From positions 21,638,001 through 21,702,000 of the forward strand of contig NC_043013.1 of the NCBI RefSeq assembly GCF_006345805.1: a DNA stretch of 64,000 nucleotides, read 5' to 3'. The notes beneath the pieces are model-generated. The model did no database searches, was not told where the DNA came from, and saw only the letters and a list, made by a program, of their open reading frames with translations. Position numbers and translations under genes: made by a program. Each line of letters starts with the position of its first letter. The first letter of the stretch is position 1. Positions 50,921 through 63,647 of this stretch are shown piece by piece. The stretch is from Octopus sinensis. Taxonomy: Eukaryota.

Positions 50921-53532
50921 CGCCAACGCTTCTTTGAAGAAAACAAAAAGTTCAACTCCAACCCCAAAAAGTTCTACCAAGAACTGGGCAAAAATAAAAT
51001 AGAAGTCACTGCAGCACCAACGGCAGAAGAATTGGAAGAATTCTGGAGAGAAATATGGTCGGCGAACGAACAACCAAAAAAAAGGAGTATCAAAATAACA
51101 AACTCGGCATCTGAACAACTTTGGACTCCCATAACAACTGAAGAGGTCACCCAGGCACTGCAAAGACTAAGCAACTGGAAGGCACCTGGACATAACAAGA
51201 TCCCCAACTTCTGGTTGAAATATCTAACAGGAATGCACAAAAAGCTGGCTGAAAACTTTAACAACGTACTAGTAGAGCCAGAGACAATGCCTGAATGGCT
51301 CACGAAGGGGAAAACCATCTTAATTCCCAAATCAAATGAAACAGAAAAACCAGAAAACTACAGACCAATAACCTGCCTCCCTACTATGTTCAAGGCATTT
51401 ACTGCAGTGATATCACAAAGGCTGAACAAGCACCTGGACGAAAACAAACTGTTCCCAGAAGAGCAGAAAGGATGCTGCAAAGGCTCATATGGCTGTAAAG
51501 ATCAACTAATGATTAATAAAGCCATAACTGAAGACAGCCACAGAAAGAAGAAAGGCCTCAGTATGGCCTGGATTGACTACAAAAAGGCGTTTGATAGCAT
51601 CCCCCACACATGGATCCTCGAAACACTAGCCATTAACAAAGTAGCACCAACAATCATAAAATTCATAGAGCACTCTATGAATAAATGGCAAACAGTCCTA
51701 CACCTCCAAACAAAAGAGGGACTCATGAAAACCAAAGACATCCCCATTAGAAGAGGAATATTCCAGGGAGACACGCTCTCTCCACTCCTTTTCTACTTGG
51801 CACTGTCACCTCTATCTGATATGCTAAATAGAACTGGATGCGGATATAAATGTTACGGCAAAACGATCAGCCACCTTTTATATATGGATGACCTAAAACT
51901 ATACGCTGCAAATGACAAACAGCTGGAAACACTATTAAAGACAGTTCATGGATTTAACAAAGAAATAGATATGAAATTTGGTTTAGAAAAATGCACCAAA
52001 GTAACCATGAAAAGAGGAAAACTAGTTAAGAGTAACAACATCACACTAGATAAAACCAATGAAATAAAAGAATTAGACCAAAGCCAAACTTACAAATACT
52101 TAGGAATCCATGAACTAGATAAGACACAACACACACAAATGAAAGAGAAAATAAAAAAAGAATATTATAGACGAGTTAGATCAATACTAAACACAGAGCT
52201 CAATGCTAAAAACAAGATAATAGGTATCAACACTTTAGCTGTCCCAGTTATAAGTTACAGCTACAATATCCTTAACTGAACACGAAATGAACTGACCAAA
52301 ATAGATAGGAAAACAAGAAAAATAATGACAGGATCTAGGATGCATCACCCAAAATCTGACATAGAAAGACTATATATACAACGTATAGAAGGTGGTAGAG
52401 GCCTTATACAGCTGGAAAACTACTATAAAATAACCACCATAGGACTGCAAAAATATCTACTTCAGAAGGAAGGAAAACTGATCCAGATAGCGGCAAAACA
52501 CGAGCAAAACAAAAAACTGTTCTCAGTATTTAACGAAGCTGACAAATACAAACAAGAAATCATACCACCTAATAAACATGAAGAAGAAGAAGAAGATGAA
52601 GAAACAACAAAATCTATAAAACAAATGAAATCCAAATTAAAAATAGAACAGCAACGAACCATGATAAAACGATGACAAGAAAAGCCCTTTCATGGTAAAT
52701 TCTGGACTAAACTAAACGCAAAAGAAATAGACAAAGAAAAATCCCAGCAATGGTTGAGAAGCTCAGGACTCAAAGCAGAAACAGAGGGATTTTTAATTGC
52801 AGCACAAGACCAAAGCCTCCCCACCAGAAATTACCAAAAACATGTAATGAAAAGAAATATTACAAGTAACTGCAGAATATGTGGAGATGGACAAGAAACA
52901 ATAAATCATATTATCTCTGGCTGCCCAGTCCTGGCTAAGAAGGAATATATTCACAGACATGACAGAGTTGGAACTTACATACATTGGAAGCTATGCCAAC
53001 ATTATGGAATAACAACAGAAAAAAGATGGTATAGGCACACACCAGAAAAGGTCACAGAAAACGAGAAAGCAACCATACTCTGGGATATGCCGATACACAC
53101 AGATAGAGAAATTAAGGCCAACAGACCAGATATAGTTGTCAGAGATCATGAAGAAAAAAAATGCTTTCTAATTGATGTATCAATACCGGCTGATGACAAC
53201 GTGTCTCTAAAAGAAATGGAGAAACTCTCAAAATACAAAGACCTGGAAATAGAGGTAACTAGAATGTGGAATCTGAAAACAAACAATTCCTATCATAGTA
53301 GGTGCATTAGGCATGATAAAAAAATATTCAGACAAATACATAACAAAAACACCAGGACTTACAAACACATATAACATACAGAAAATTGCACTACTAGGCA
53401 CTGCATACATCCTACGCAGAACACTTTCCATACAATAACCATCAGAGCAACTCAACAAATCACAGCACATACCCGAGGCACACAGAGCTGCGCTCGGTAG
53501 TGAAGTGAAAGCACGCTATAAAAATAAAACTA

Positions 53533-53535
<3 letters not shown>
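50921..53535 (+). mobile_element. R4/Dong-like family A copy D, 5'-truncated
   Basis: ORF 51032-52279 (415 aa RT, YMDD), knuckle and REL; premature stops; (AAT)n tail. Confidence 0.92.
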
Positions 53536-53621
<86 letters not shown>

Positions 53622-53630
53622 TAATAATAA

Positions 53631-54186
53631 ATGCCCTGATGCAGTACCAGGCAGTGGCTCTCATGGCTTCTGATCTTAATTGATTGGAAGTGTTATCATG
53701 TACATTGTTTTGTCTTGGTATAAAAGATGGGCTACAGCAAATATTCTGCTCAATACCACAGATTTGCTTGTCAGTTGTTTGACTTTAACCAGTTGAGCAT
53801 GTCCCATAGTGGCTGACGATATGTGCATCTCTGATCACGAGCAGAAGTAGTGGGGGAGCATCATAGCCATGTGTTGAGAGGGATTCTTTGGGGTTTGAAT
53901 AATTCACCTCTGGAAACATGGGTGGTTCTTTCAACATCCTTAAACAACCCTTATTCAGGGACCTTTTGAGCGGGATGGGCTACTCAACCTGAAGAAAATT
54001 CTAACTGGGCCCCACCTGCAAGGTCATGCGCTGTTTATCTTGATATGAGATCACCATGTCGCGCACATATGGTTGTGATGCATGTGCCTGGTGTACCCTT
54101 ATCAGACGGGTAGTCATGATGGGTATATTGGGCTTCGTATACGTTACCCCAGCGTCACTGTTATGGCATGCACTGCTCTCTCACTC
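53631..54186 (+). mobile_element. 556-bp non-coding (AAT)n-flanked element, copy 1
   Basis: Direct repeat of 56492-57047 with the same ends. Confidence 0.8.
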
Positions 54187-54202
54187 AATAATAGTAATAA
54201 TA

Positions 54203-54277
<75 letters not shown>

Positions 54278-54279
<2 letters not shown>

Positions 54280-56305
54280 ACAGAAAAGATGTAAACGTGG
54301 ATCCTACGGTTGTAAAGATCAACTACTCATCAATAAGATGATCTTAGAAGATTTTCACAAACGACACAAAAACTTATCAATAGCCTGGATAGACTATTAA
54401 AAGGCTTTTGATAGCCTACCACATAGCTGGATTAAGAAATGCCTAGAAATGTATAAGGTAGCACCTACTCTGCGAAACTTTTTGTCTGTAAGTATGAGAT
54501 CATGGAGAACCACACTAACTTTGAACAGTGACAATGAATCTCTAAATGCTGTTGATGTAAACATTTCATGTGGCATTTTCCAGGGTGACTCGCTATCACC
54601 ACTCCTCTTCTGTTTAACCTTAATACCTCTCTCAAAACTGCTCAATGACGCGCAGTACGGATATAAAATGTTTGATAAAAATATAAATCATCCCATTTAC
54701 ATGGATGATTTAAAGCTCTTTCCAAAAAATGACCAACAACTCAAGGGCTTACTAGCGATTGTCAAACAATTCAGTGATGACATCAGAATGCAATTTGGCC
54801 TCGATAAGTGTGCAAAAGCTACCTTTATCAAAGGAAAAATGACAGAAACATCTAACGTTAACCTTGACCAGCAGAATGTCATAAAAGAATTAGACCCAGC
54901 GGAGAACCACAAGTATCTAGGGGTAATTGAAGGAGACGGAATAAGGCATTCAGAGATGAAGGAAAGGATCAGGAGAGAATGTTATCGCAGAGTAAGAACA
55001 ATACTCAAGACAGAGCTGAATGCGAGAAACAGGATCGAAGCGATCAATGCATTAGCCATACCAGTCGTGACGTACAGTTTCAATATCGTTAACTGGTCAA
55101 TTACTGAAATATGTAATCTTGACAGAAAAATACGAAAACTGTTGACAATGCATAGAATGCACCACCCTAAGGCAGATACAGAACTGCTTTATCTGCCAAG
55201 AAAAGAGGGAAGCCGTGGACTTTTACAACTGGCAATAACAATGAAGATTGCTACAATTGGCCTAGACACCTACCTGAAAAACTCTGAGAACTATATGTTA
55301 AAACTTGTCTCAAAACATGAAAACAAGAAAGCATCATACTCAGTAACAAAACAGGCAAAGGAATATCTAAGTGAATTCCGAATACAACAAATTTCGGAAT
55401 TAGAGATAGACATACAAGAAACAGGCACAGAAAAAACTAAGCGCATGAAAACCCGTGCTAAATCTGCGGCCTTAGATATTCTGAATGATAAATGGCAAGA
55501 AAAACCTCTCTATGGCAAATACCCAAAGAGAGCAAATAATGCAGATGTTGACAAAGCCCTGACCCATCAATGGCTAATGGCCTCTGGCTTAAAATCTGAA
55601 ACAGGGGTTTATCATAGCAGCTCAAGATCAATGCCTACCAACAAGAAACTACCAGGCCAACATATTAAAGATCAGCAGCAGTCCAACGTGTCGTGTATGC
55701 CAGTAACAAAATGAAACCATTGATCATGTAGTCTCCAAGTGCAGTCTTCTAGCGCCTACAGAGTCTCTCAACAGGCACGATAGAGCTGCACAATATATTC
55801 ACTGGGTAATCTGCAAAAACCTGGATTTGCCCCATGTAAAAAAACTGGTGGGAACACAAACCACCCCCAGTGCTTGAAAATGACCATATCTCACTCCTCT
55901 GGAACTTCACCATTCAATCTGACAGAAAGATAGATGCAAATATGCCAGACATCATAATGAAAGACTTCAAACAAAGAACATGCCTCCTCATTGATATGAC
56001 TGTCCCAATCGATATAAACGTATCTGTCAAGACCTACCAAAAACTGAGCAAATATAAATATCTTGAAATAGAAATCAGCAAAATGTGGAACCTGAAGACT
56101 AAAACAATACCTATTGTCATAGGTTTCCTGGGAATGATAGCAAAAGGGGCTGATAGCTACTTAACTCAGATACCAGGAAACCCCAAAATGGCAGAAATTC
56201 AAAAGATAATGCTCATGAGAACTGCTCATATCCTACGCAAAATACTTTCTATGTAATCTCAAGGTTTAAAACAAACATTTTTTTAGACATCCACCAGTAC
56301 GACAA
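54278..56305 (+). mobile_element. R4/Dong-like family B, 5'-truncated
   Basis: ORF 54449-55714 (QGDSLSPLLFC, YMDD) and 55870-56256 (PDII…LIDMTVP); (AAT)n before, (AAC/AAT)n after. Confidence 0.9.
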
Positions 56306-56348
56306 TAATAATAATTATAACAACAACAACAACAACAATAACAACAAC

Positions 56349-56407
<59 letters not shown>

Positions 56408-56421
56408 CAACAATAATAATG

Positions 56422-56491
<70 letters not shown>

Positions 56492-56493
<2 letters not shown>

Positions 56494-57047
56494 GCCCTGA
56501 TGAAGTACCAGGCAGTGGCTCTCATGGCTTCTGATCTTAACTGATTGGAAGTGTTATCATGTACATTGTTTTGTCTTGGTATAAAAGATGGGCTACAGCA
56601 AATATTCTGCTCAATACCACAGATTTGCTTGTCAGTTGTTTGACCTTAACCAGTTGAGCATGTCCCTTAGTGGCTGACGATATGTGCATCTCTGATCACG
56701 AGCAGAAGTAGTGGGGGAGCATCATAGCCATGTGTTGAGAGGGATTCTTTGGGGTTTGAATAGTTCACCTCTGGAAACATGGGTGGTACTTTCAACATCC
56801 TTAAACAACCCTTATTCAGGGACCGTTTGAGCGGGATGGGCTACTCAACCTGAAGAAAATTCTAACTGGGCCCCACCTGCAAGGTCATGTGCTGTTTATC
56901 TTGATATGAGATCACCATGTCGCGCACATATGGTTGTGATGCATGTGCCTGGTGTACCTTTATCAGACGGGTAGTCATGATGGGTATATTGGGCTTCGTA
57001 TATTTTACCCCAGTGTCACTTTGATGGCATGAACTGCTCTCTCACTC
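56492..57047 (+). mobile_element. 556-bp non-coding (AAT)n-flanked element, copy 2
   Basis: ~15 differences from copy 1 counted by eye (~97%). Confidence 0.8.
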
Positions 57048-57376
57048 AATAATAATAATAATAATGATAAAGTGATCGTTAGGGTAGAGCATCATAGAAA
57101 AGGAATAAAAAAAGTCTAATAGCAAGTATTTATAAAAAAAGTATAATAATTTAAGTATTATGAGCAAAAAATTGTTAACTTATAATAGCTTATCATAATC
57201 AGGACTGAAACCTAGAATTGTTTAAAAGAATATTTGTTGTTAAAAGGACATGCTAATTATATACTAATATTAAAATTAAGAGGTATAATATAGATTTTAA
57301 AAGTTGTGTTAATCCATAAATGATATTACAATTTCTTAGGGGTACTTAATTAGAAGAGCTGAGGTTAATACCAATG

Positions 57377-57716
57377 TGTGAAGGCGCATGGCTCAGTGGT
57401 TAGAGCGACAAGCTTACAATCGTGAGGTTGTGAGTTCGAATCCCGGACTATGCTGCGTGTTGTGTTCTTGAGCAAGGCACTTTATTTTACGTTGCTCCAG
57501 TTCACTCAGCTGTTGAAATGAGTTGCGACATCACTGATGCCAAGCTATATCGGCCCCTTTGTCTTTCCCTTGGATAACATTGGTGGCGTGGAGAAGGGAG
57601 GCTGGTATGCAGGGTCGACTGCTGGTCTTCCATAAACAAACCTTGCCCGGATTGTGCCTCGGAGGATAACATTCTAGGTGCAATCCCATGGTCAGTCATG
57701 ACCGAAGGGGGTCTCA
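57377..57716 (+). mobile_element. tRNA-derived SINE inserted in the right inverted-repeat copy
   Basis: A box tggctcagtgg, B box gagttcgaatcc, CORE-like ttgagcaaggcac; absent from the left copy. Confidence 0.8.
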
Positions 57717-58596
57717 GCATATGGCAATTAATCAATATTCACAGATACCATCTGATGAGTTAGTATTTAAGTGTACAATATGTATAAATATTAAACTGTT
57801 TCTGGATAATTTCTTTTCCTCACTCTATTGTGGTAGTAATTTGGTACGTACTCAAAAGTATTCATAAATTTCTATCTTTTGTTATAATATTCTTCTTAAT
57901 AATCCTCTGAATAACTCTAAACTTTAACTGTATACAATATAGCAACACTCTTTAAAATATTTAACTATTATACCAACTATGATGTTTGTCTGCTCCCTCA
58001 GCCCTACCCCTAACAGATACTGCCCTCTGTTCTCTTAGCTTTAGATATACATGGGATTTGATGAACTAGTCTATAATTTAAAAATGACCTCATAACGACA
58101 AAAAATCAGTGATAGACAGAGTCTGTAACAATGTATATCTTCATGAAAACTTAGTAACTTCTATGCTGGAGTGAGACAGCATGTTTTTTGTCTATCTCCT
58201 TAACTTCTTGGAGATTTTAGGTATAATTATAGTAATGTGTTCATCTGTTCAATTTAATTAAATTCTGTGTCTTTGTGCAGCTGAAGATTGCTCTGCATCT
58301 TAAATTGATGTAATGATTGCATTATTCAATTAAATGGAGTTACATGAAACGATCGTACTGCATTACCTCTGGATATCCTTGTTGCTTAGTTTGATTTATT
58401 CGCCTTACTTTGAAATTGTATGGATAATACTGTACTAAATTCTGGTGCCTCAACTTAAGTACCATATTCATGTGAAACTAAGTTTTTGCTGAACTCATAT
58501 ATATATAAAGTGTGTTCTTGTGGGGTCTCAGTCGTGATGGCTAAACTCTTAAAAATTAAAAGCATATATTAATTATACAATAAAACATTTACTTAC

Positions 58597-58627
58597 AAAT
58601 AATTCGAAGACAATTCCTCCTCAACAT
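58597..58627 (-). CDS. PAN protein candidate exon 1 (MLRRNCLRII)
   Basis: A at -3 (aggATG), donor att t|gtaagt, phase 1; joins exon 2 to give signal peptide MLRRNCLRIIFLFYISLTFGNG. Confidence 0.5.
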
Positions 58628-58864
58628 CCTGTCTGTTTTCTAGGTAGAAATGGCTGTCAAGAGCGAGATGTTACTAGCTTGAATTTATCCTCTTAATGAA
58701 GGATAATCATTATATGGACTTCGTATCGATTTATCACTATTAGCTGGCATTGTATTCCTCAAGTGAATTGTTTATATCTATTCAATACACCTTGTAAAGA
58801 TACGCCACATGAAAGGGTATTGACGTAACGCTTGAGATGGCATAATAACACAACATGATACATA

Positions 58865-58937
<73 letters not shown>

Positions 58938-61900
58938 GTGTGTATGTGTGTCTGTATGTATGCGTGTCGGTCTGTGTGTATGTATGTACGTGTGTGTATG
59001 TGTGTGTGCTTTTGCATATGTATGCGTATGCATGTTTCTACTGCAAAACAAAAATACCAACAACTTTATCGTTTATAAAGTATGTTTCCACTTGTGTTAT
59101 AAAAACGATGACAGCTATTTCATGCCACCTTCTATCGTACAACATCAGCTGTTTTAAGATCGTCAAAAAATGCGAGCTCCTTCAACAGGTAACAATAACA
59201 ATCTCAGATAAAATATTTCTTCTTGCTTTGGACTTGGAAACTAAAGTCTTGAAATAATTCTCTCTTCTCATCTCTCGTGTACTTTCCAAACAGTCATCCC
59301 TTTGTCACACACATAATGATAAGGAATATCAATATGCAACCGGCGTCTTGTATTTCTGTATCATTTACTAAGGACAAACCATGATGGTAGAGGCGTGTTA
59401 CGACGGGCAGCTCTTCTCTCTCTCTAACGCTTCTTTCTCATTACTTTCTCTGTAAAAGACAGATTCTTGCTGTGTCACTGGCAGCGAGTATATTAGCATG
59501 GGGTCTGTTATATATTTTCATCATGTACAACTTCAACGTCCATCTTTCTTTTACTTATATTAAATTTAATGTTTTTGTAGCCTTTATAGAGTTACTTGAA
59601 TATGTATTTCATTGACTTGGTAGTCGGAAATATTTGCATATTTACATGCGCTTTGAAAGTACGACATTGGTCCTTTTTTATTGAGGACTACACACCTATT
59701 ATTAACTTCAATAACTCGTATTGTCCCACCTTGGCGTCACCTGTAGCATGGATAACCATTGTCATTTGCTCATGTTTCTTCAAGAAATTCGCTAGGAATC
59801 TTCTTTGACAGTGTCCGTTCACCATGCAAACATCCTCTCGGGTGTCTTTCACTCTCAGGTCCATGCTTCATGCGTGTTGTTTTAGAATATCATGAAACAA
59901 ATGCTCAGTTTCTACGACAGAAACTTCGCGCGCACACACACACATCTAATGACCGTGAGGAATATTATTCTTTTTCTGTTGCTATATCTGTCAGATAAAT
60001 TCCTATTAAGCTGACGAGATTTTAGAACTTATAAAGAAATTAATAGGAGATCCGAACGAAGGGACACTATAAGCAGAGTAGCAAAGGAAGTTCAGCATTC
60101 TAACACATTGGTAATCAACGGTAAATGATGATATCAGCAATTTAAACAATTTCACGATCTCTTGCACACTCTCAGAAATTAACAAGGTTAATTACAAAGT
60201 AGAAATCTTACTAACATAGAACTGACGATAAGAATTTGAAATTAAAACTACAAAATGTTCACTTTACGCGATGATTCAAGTAATATACAACTTATTTGGA
60301 CGTGGATAAAGTTTGGAGAAGAATTATGAAAATACATTTGATATGATGATTAAGTGGATCTCCGTTGATTTCGACGATGAATTCGATCCTCAGGACAACT
60401 TACTCATTGAATTAGTGTACAAGTCGCTGAACATTCTATTGATAGGTGTACACTTAACGTAATTCTCAGATAGAACCAGACTGAGACAATGCGACACGGT
60501 TTCACCTTTAAATTACAACTGTTATCAAGTGGACGGGATTCTACTCAGTTTCTCCGTAATTTCACTTACAAAGCTTTGGTCGACTTGAGATGATGGTAAA
60601 ATGTACTTGCCGAAAATACTGTGTTTTAGGGTCACGCGATTTTGAGAGGAATTTCTAAGCTATCCAACCACGCTCTTTATCATATAACCAGCATATTCAG
60701 TTCCAAACACTTGTGTTCTTAAAATAACAATATCCTTCTTGAATAATATACTTAAGATTAAGAAAATACAAGACAAAAATAAACCAAATGGTTGTATCAA
60801 AACTGCACGTTTGAATGAGGAAACTTCTGTAAAGATGTCCGCCTCGCGAGATTTAGCAAACATATTTTCTACATAAACACTCTTTACCATCTTCTAAAAT
60901 AAAACTCATTGGATAACATTATTTGAAATATATATTATGTTCTAAAAAAGAAGAAAGATTTTAGAAGCTTATTTTGAAAATGAATGCAAACAGAATAACG
61001 ATAATATTTGGTTTGACACTTGCAGGCAACAATAGAAACTAACCCGAAAGGTTAACCGACCACCTATAAGCATTAGAATTTTCGAATTGAGATTTTGATA
61101 AAAAGATAGGAAAATCGAAAGTGTTGGCATTGACAACTTTCAAAATATTTGGTGTTTACATTTGACGTAATGCACAGAGAAATCAGGCCGGCATTCAACA
61201 GTTTCGAACAATCTAGACCAAGTTCTTAGCTTCTTATAAGAAGTAGAATAATGATCCGAAACAAAAGATTAATAGACGACTCATCAACATTCATTACATA
61301 CTACATAAAATATCCGATATCCAACGACCATATATTCACGAATGAGAGTTTAGTTTAGGAATATTGATTGTTAGGTATTATGTGGGGCAAAGTTAGTTAA
61401 TTGAAAGCCTTGTAACTAACAACACTGTTGATCATAAAATCTCTATGAAGTGAATAATAAATAGCCTTCTAAATTGATTAATATCGTCAATTAATCAATG
61501 AATATCAGTTAATTGCAAGAAAAAAAAACAGAGTCAATATCTGTTAATTGCAAATACAAAGACATAGTCAATCCTGGGTTTATACCATACCATTGTAAAT
61601 GAATATATTGAACAGAGGACGTTTAACATTATTGATATCGCCTAAGTGTATCTCGGAGTTGTAAACAAGGTAACACCAGAACAGGATACTGCAAAACAGG
61701 TGAACACACTTTAATATATTGTAGTAATAAGGTGACGAGCTGGCAGAGTCAGTAGTGTGATGGACAAAATACATCGCGGCATTTCGTTCGTCTCTACGTT
61801 CTGAGTTCAAATTCCACCAAGGTCGACTTCGGCATTTATCGTTTTTGGGAATCGATAAATTAAGTCCCAGTTGAACACGGGAGTTCATGTAATCGATTTA

Positions 61901-62121
61901 CCTCCTCCTCCTCCGAAATTGCTGGGCTTGTGCCACAATTTGAAACCAATATACCTTAGTGACAATGGCAGCGAATGGATAGAAAACGATGAGTTGGTGC
62001 CCGTTATCACATTCCTCTACGTCTGCATTTCAAATTTGGTCGAACTCGATTTTATCATTTATCCCAGCAGAGTCGGTAAAATAAGAATCAGTCATACAGT
62101 TCAAACGGCTGTTGCCAGTTC

Positions 62122-62132
62122 ATGCATGCATG

Positions 62133-62166
<34 letters not shown>

Positions 62167-62597
62167 TGTATGTATGTATGTATGTATGTATGTATGTATG
62201 TATGTATGTATGTATGTATGTATGCATGTATGTATGTATACATATATGTATGTATGCATATATGTAGGTATGCATGTATGCATGTATGTATGTATGTATG
62301 TATGTATGCATGTATGCATGCAAGCATGTATATATGTATGCATGCATGCATGTATGTATGCATGCAGGCATGTATGTATGTATATACGTATGTATGAATG
62401 TATGTATGTATATACGTATGTATGTATGTATGTATGTTTGTATGTATGTATGCATGCAGTGCAGGAGTATGTGTGTATGCATGCATGCATGTATGTATGT
62501 ATGTATGTATGTATGTATGTATGTATGTATGTATGTATGTATGAATGTATATATGTATTTATGTATGTATGTAGGTATATATGCATGCATGCATATA
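62122..62597. repeat. (TATG)n/(CATG) microsatellite
   Basis: Directly visible. Confidence 0.97.
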
Positions 62598-63429
62598 TTT
62601 TACGACATGTATGGTCAGTATTGCAATTCTTTTTTTTTCACAGCAAAAAACTATCTTAACTATTCGATAACCTGAAAGAAATCGTGGGGCTTCTGAGTTT
62701 ACGATCAAATTTCTATTAGATTTCGTTTTCCCGTATAATTGATTTCGTATTTTGGTTTAACCTATTCTTCGTTTAACCTGTAATTATAAGTTGCAAGGAA
62801 GTTGCTGAAAAAGAAAAGATTTTAATTTCGCATTATAATCCTTGATAAAGACAGTTTAGATCAGCCGGCTTAAATAGTTCCTGACGCCCCAGAGCTAAAA
62901 CTCAAATTAACAATCATGTTACCTAAGATTTTTGGTGCTTTCTTACATTGGAATTGACTTACAATAATTCTCGTGAAATGTTTACTATAATCTTTCAGAA
63001 AAGTTTTCCATGTTACTTTCCTCAATTTGCTTTATTTTTCGTTTTTTTTTTAGTTTGAATAACAAATCATTTCACTTTTTAAAAGAAATCAATCAAATGC
63101 AATTATTTTATCTCATATATTATTTAGATGATGGGTAAGAAGCGTAAATGATTCGGTTGACTGCTTCTGGTATTTAGTTAAGACCCGTTACGTTTTGAAA
63201 CAAAATGCTGTCCAGGGTAACTTAGTGTCCCATTCTTTGAAGGTCGATAAAATAACACCCAATTGCTTCATTGGTACTCAAGTAAATTTAATAATCTTAT
63301 AAATATTCAAATGTGTGAATGGATTTCTAAGAGAAGACTAATTTGAAAGGAAAAACGTTAGCAATAAAAATAAATTAACAAAAGAAATAACTGAATTAAA
63401 TTGATTTTATTCACAAAGAAATACACATT

Positions 63430-63647
63430 TTATTTTATATAATTATTATTAGCAAACGTGATCAGTTTCTTTAGTAAGCACTTAGTGTTAGTATATGAAA
63501 AGGCGGTACATGTAGAAGATATCGTACATAAACGTGAACAATCCAAGACCGAGCGGGCATCCATTTGGACCTCGGTTATGAGGTTCTGATATGGATTTTG
63601 TTTGAAGGAAAATGTTGATTAAGATGTCTGGCCATTAATTTCTTTTT
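63430..63647 (-). pseudogene. Disabled paralogous copy of the PAN3 exon
   Basis: Near-identical to 28703-28899 but TAT>TAA at 63621-63619, and lacks the 69 bp corresponding to 28647-28715. Confidence 0.8.

Noticed and set aside
53631-54030. Hammerhead (CTGATGA in copy 2) or HDV-like fold in the 556-bp element
   Set aside because: No GAAA or stem II for a hammerhead; candidate HDV P1 is broken in copy 2 and there is no P1.1 GG
57385-57455. tRNA gene (also 6085-6160 and 10560-10640)
   Set aside because: No complete cloverleaf; each continues into a repeat body, so these are SINE heads
59340-59960. Short minus-strand peptides (MDLRVKDTRED…; ESNEKEALEREKSCPS*, faintly thymosin-like)
   Set aside because: No WH2 LKKT motif, no consistent splice model
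60404-60505. Possible 102-nt phase 1-1 exon (ETVSHCLSL…LYTNSM) with gtaagt donor
   Set aside because: Weak acceptor and no PAN cysteine pattern
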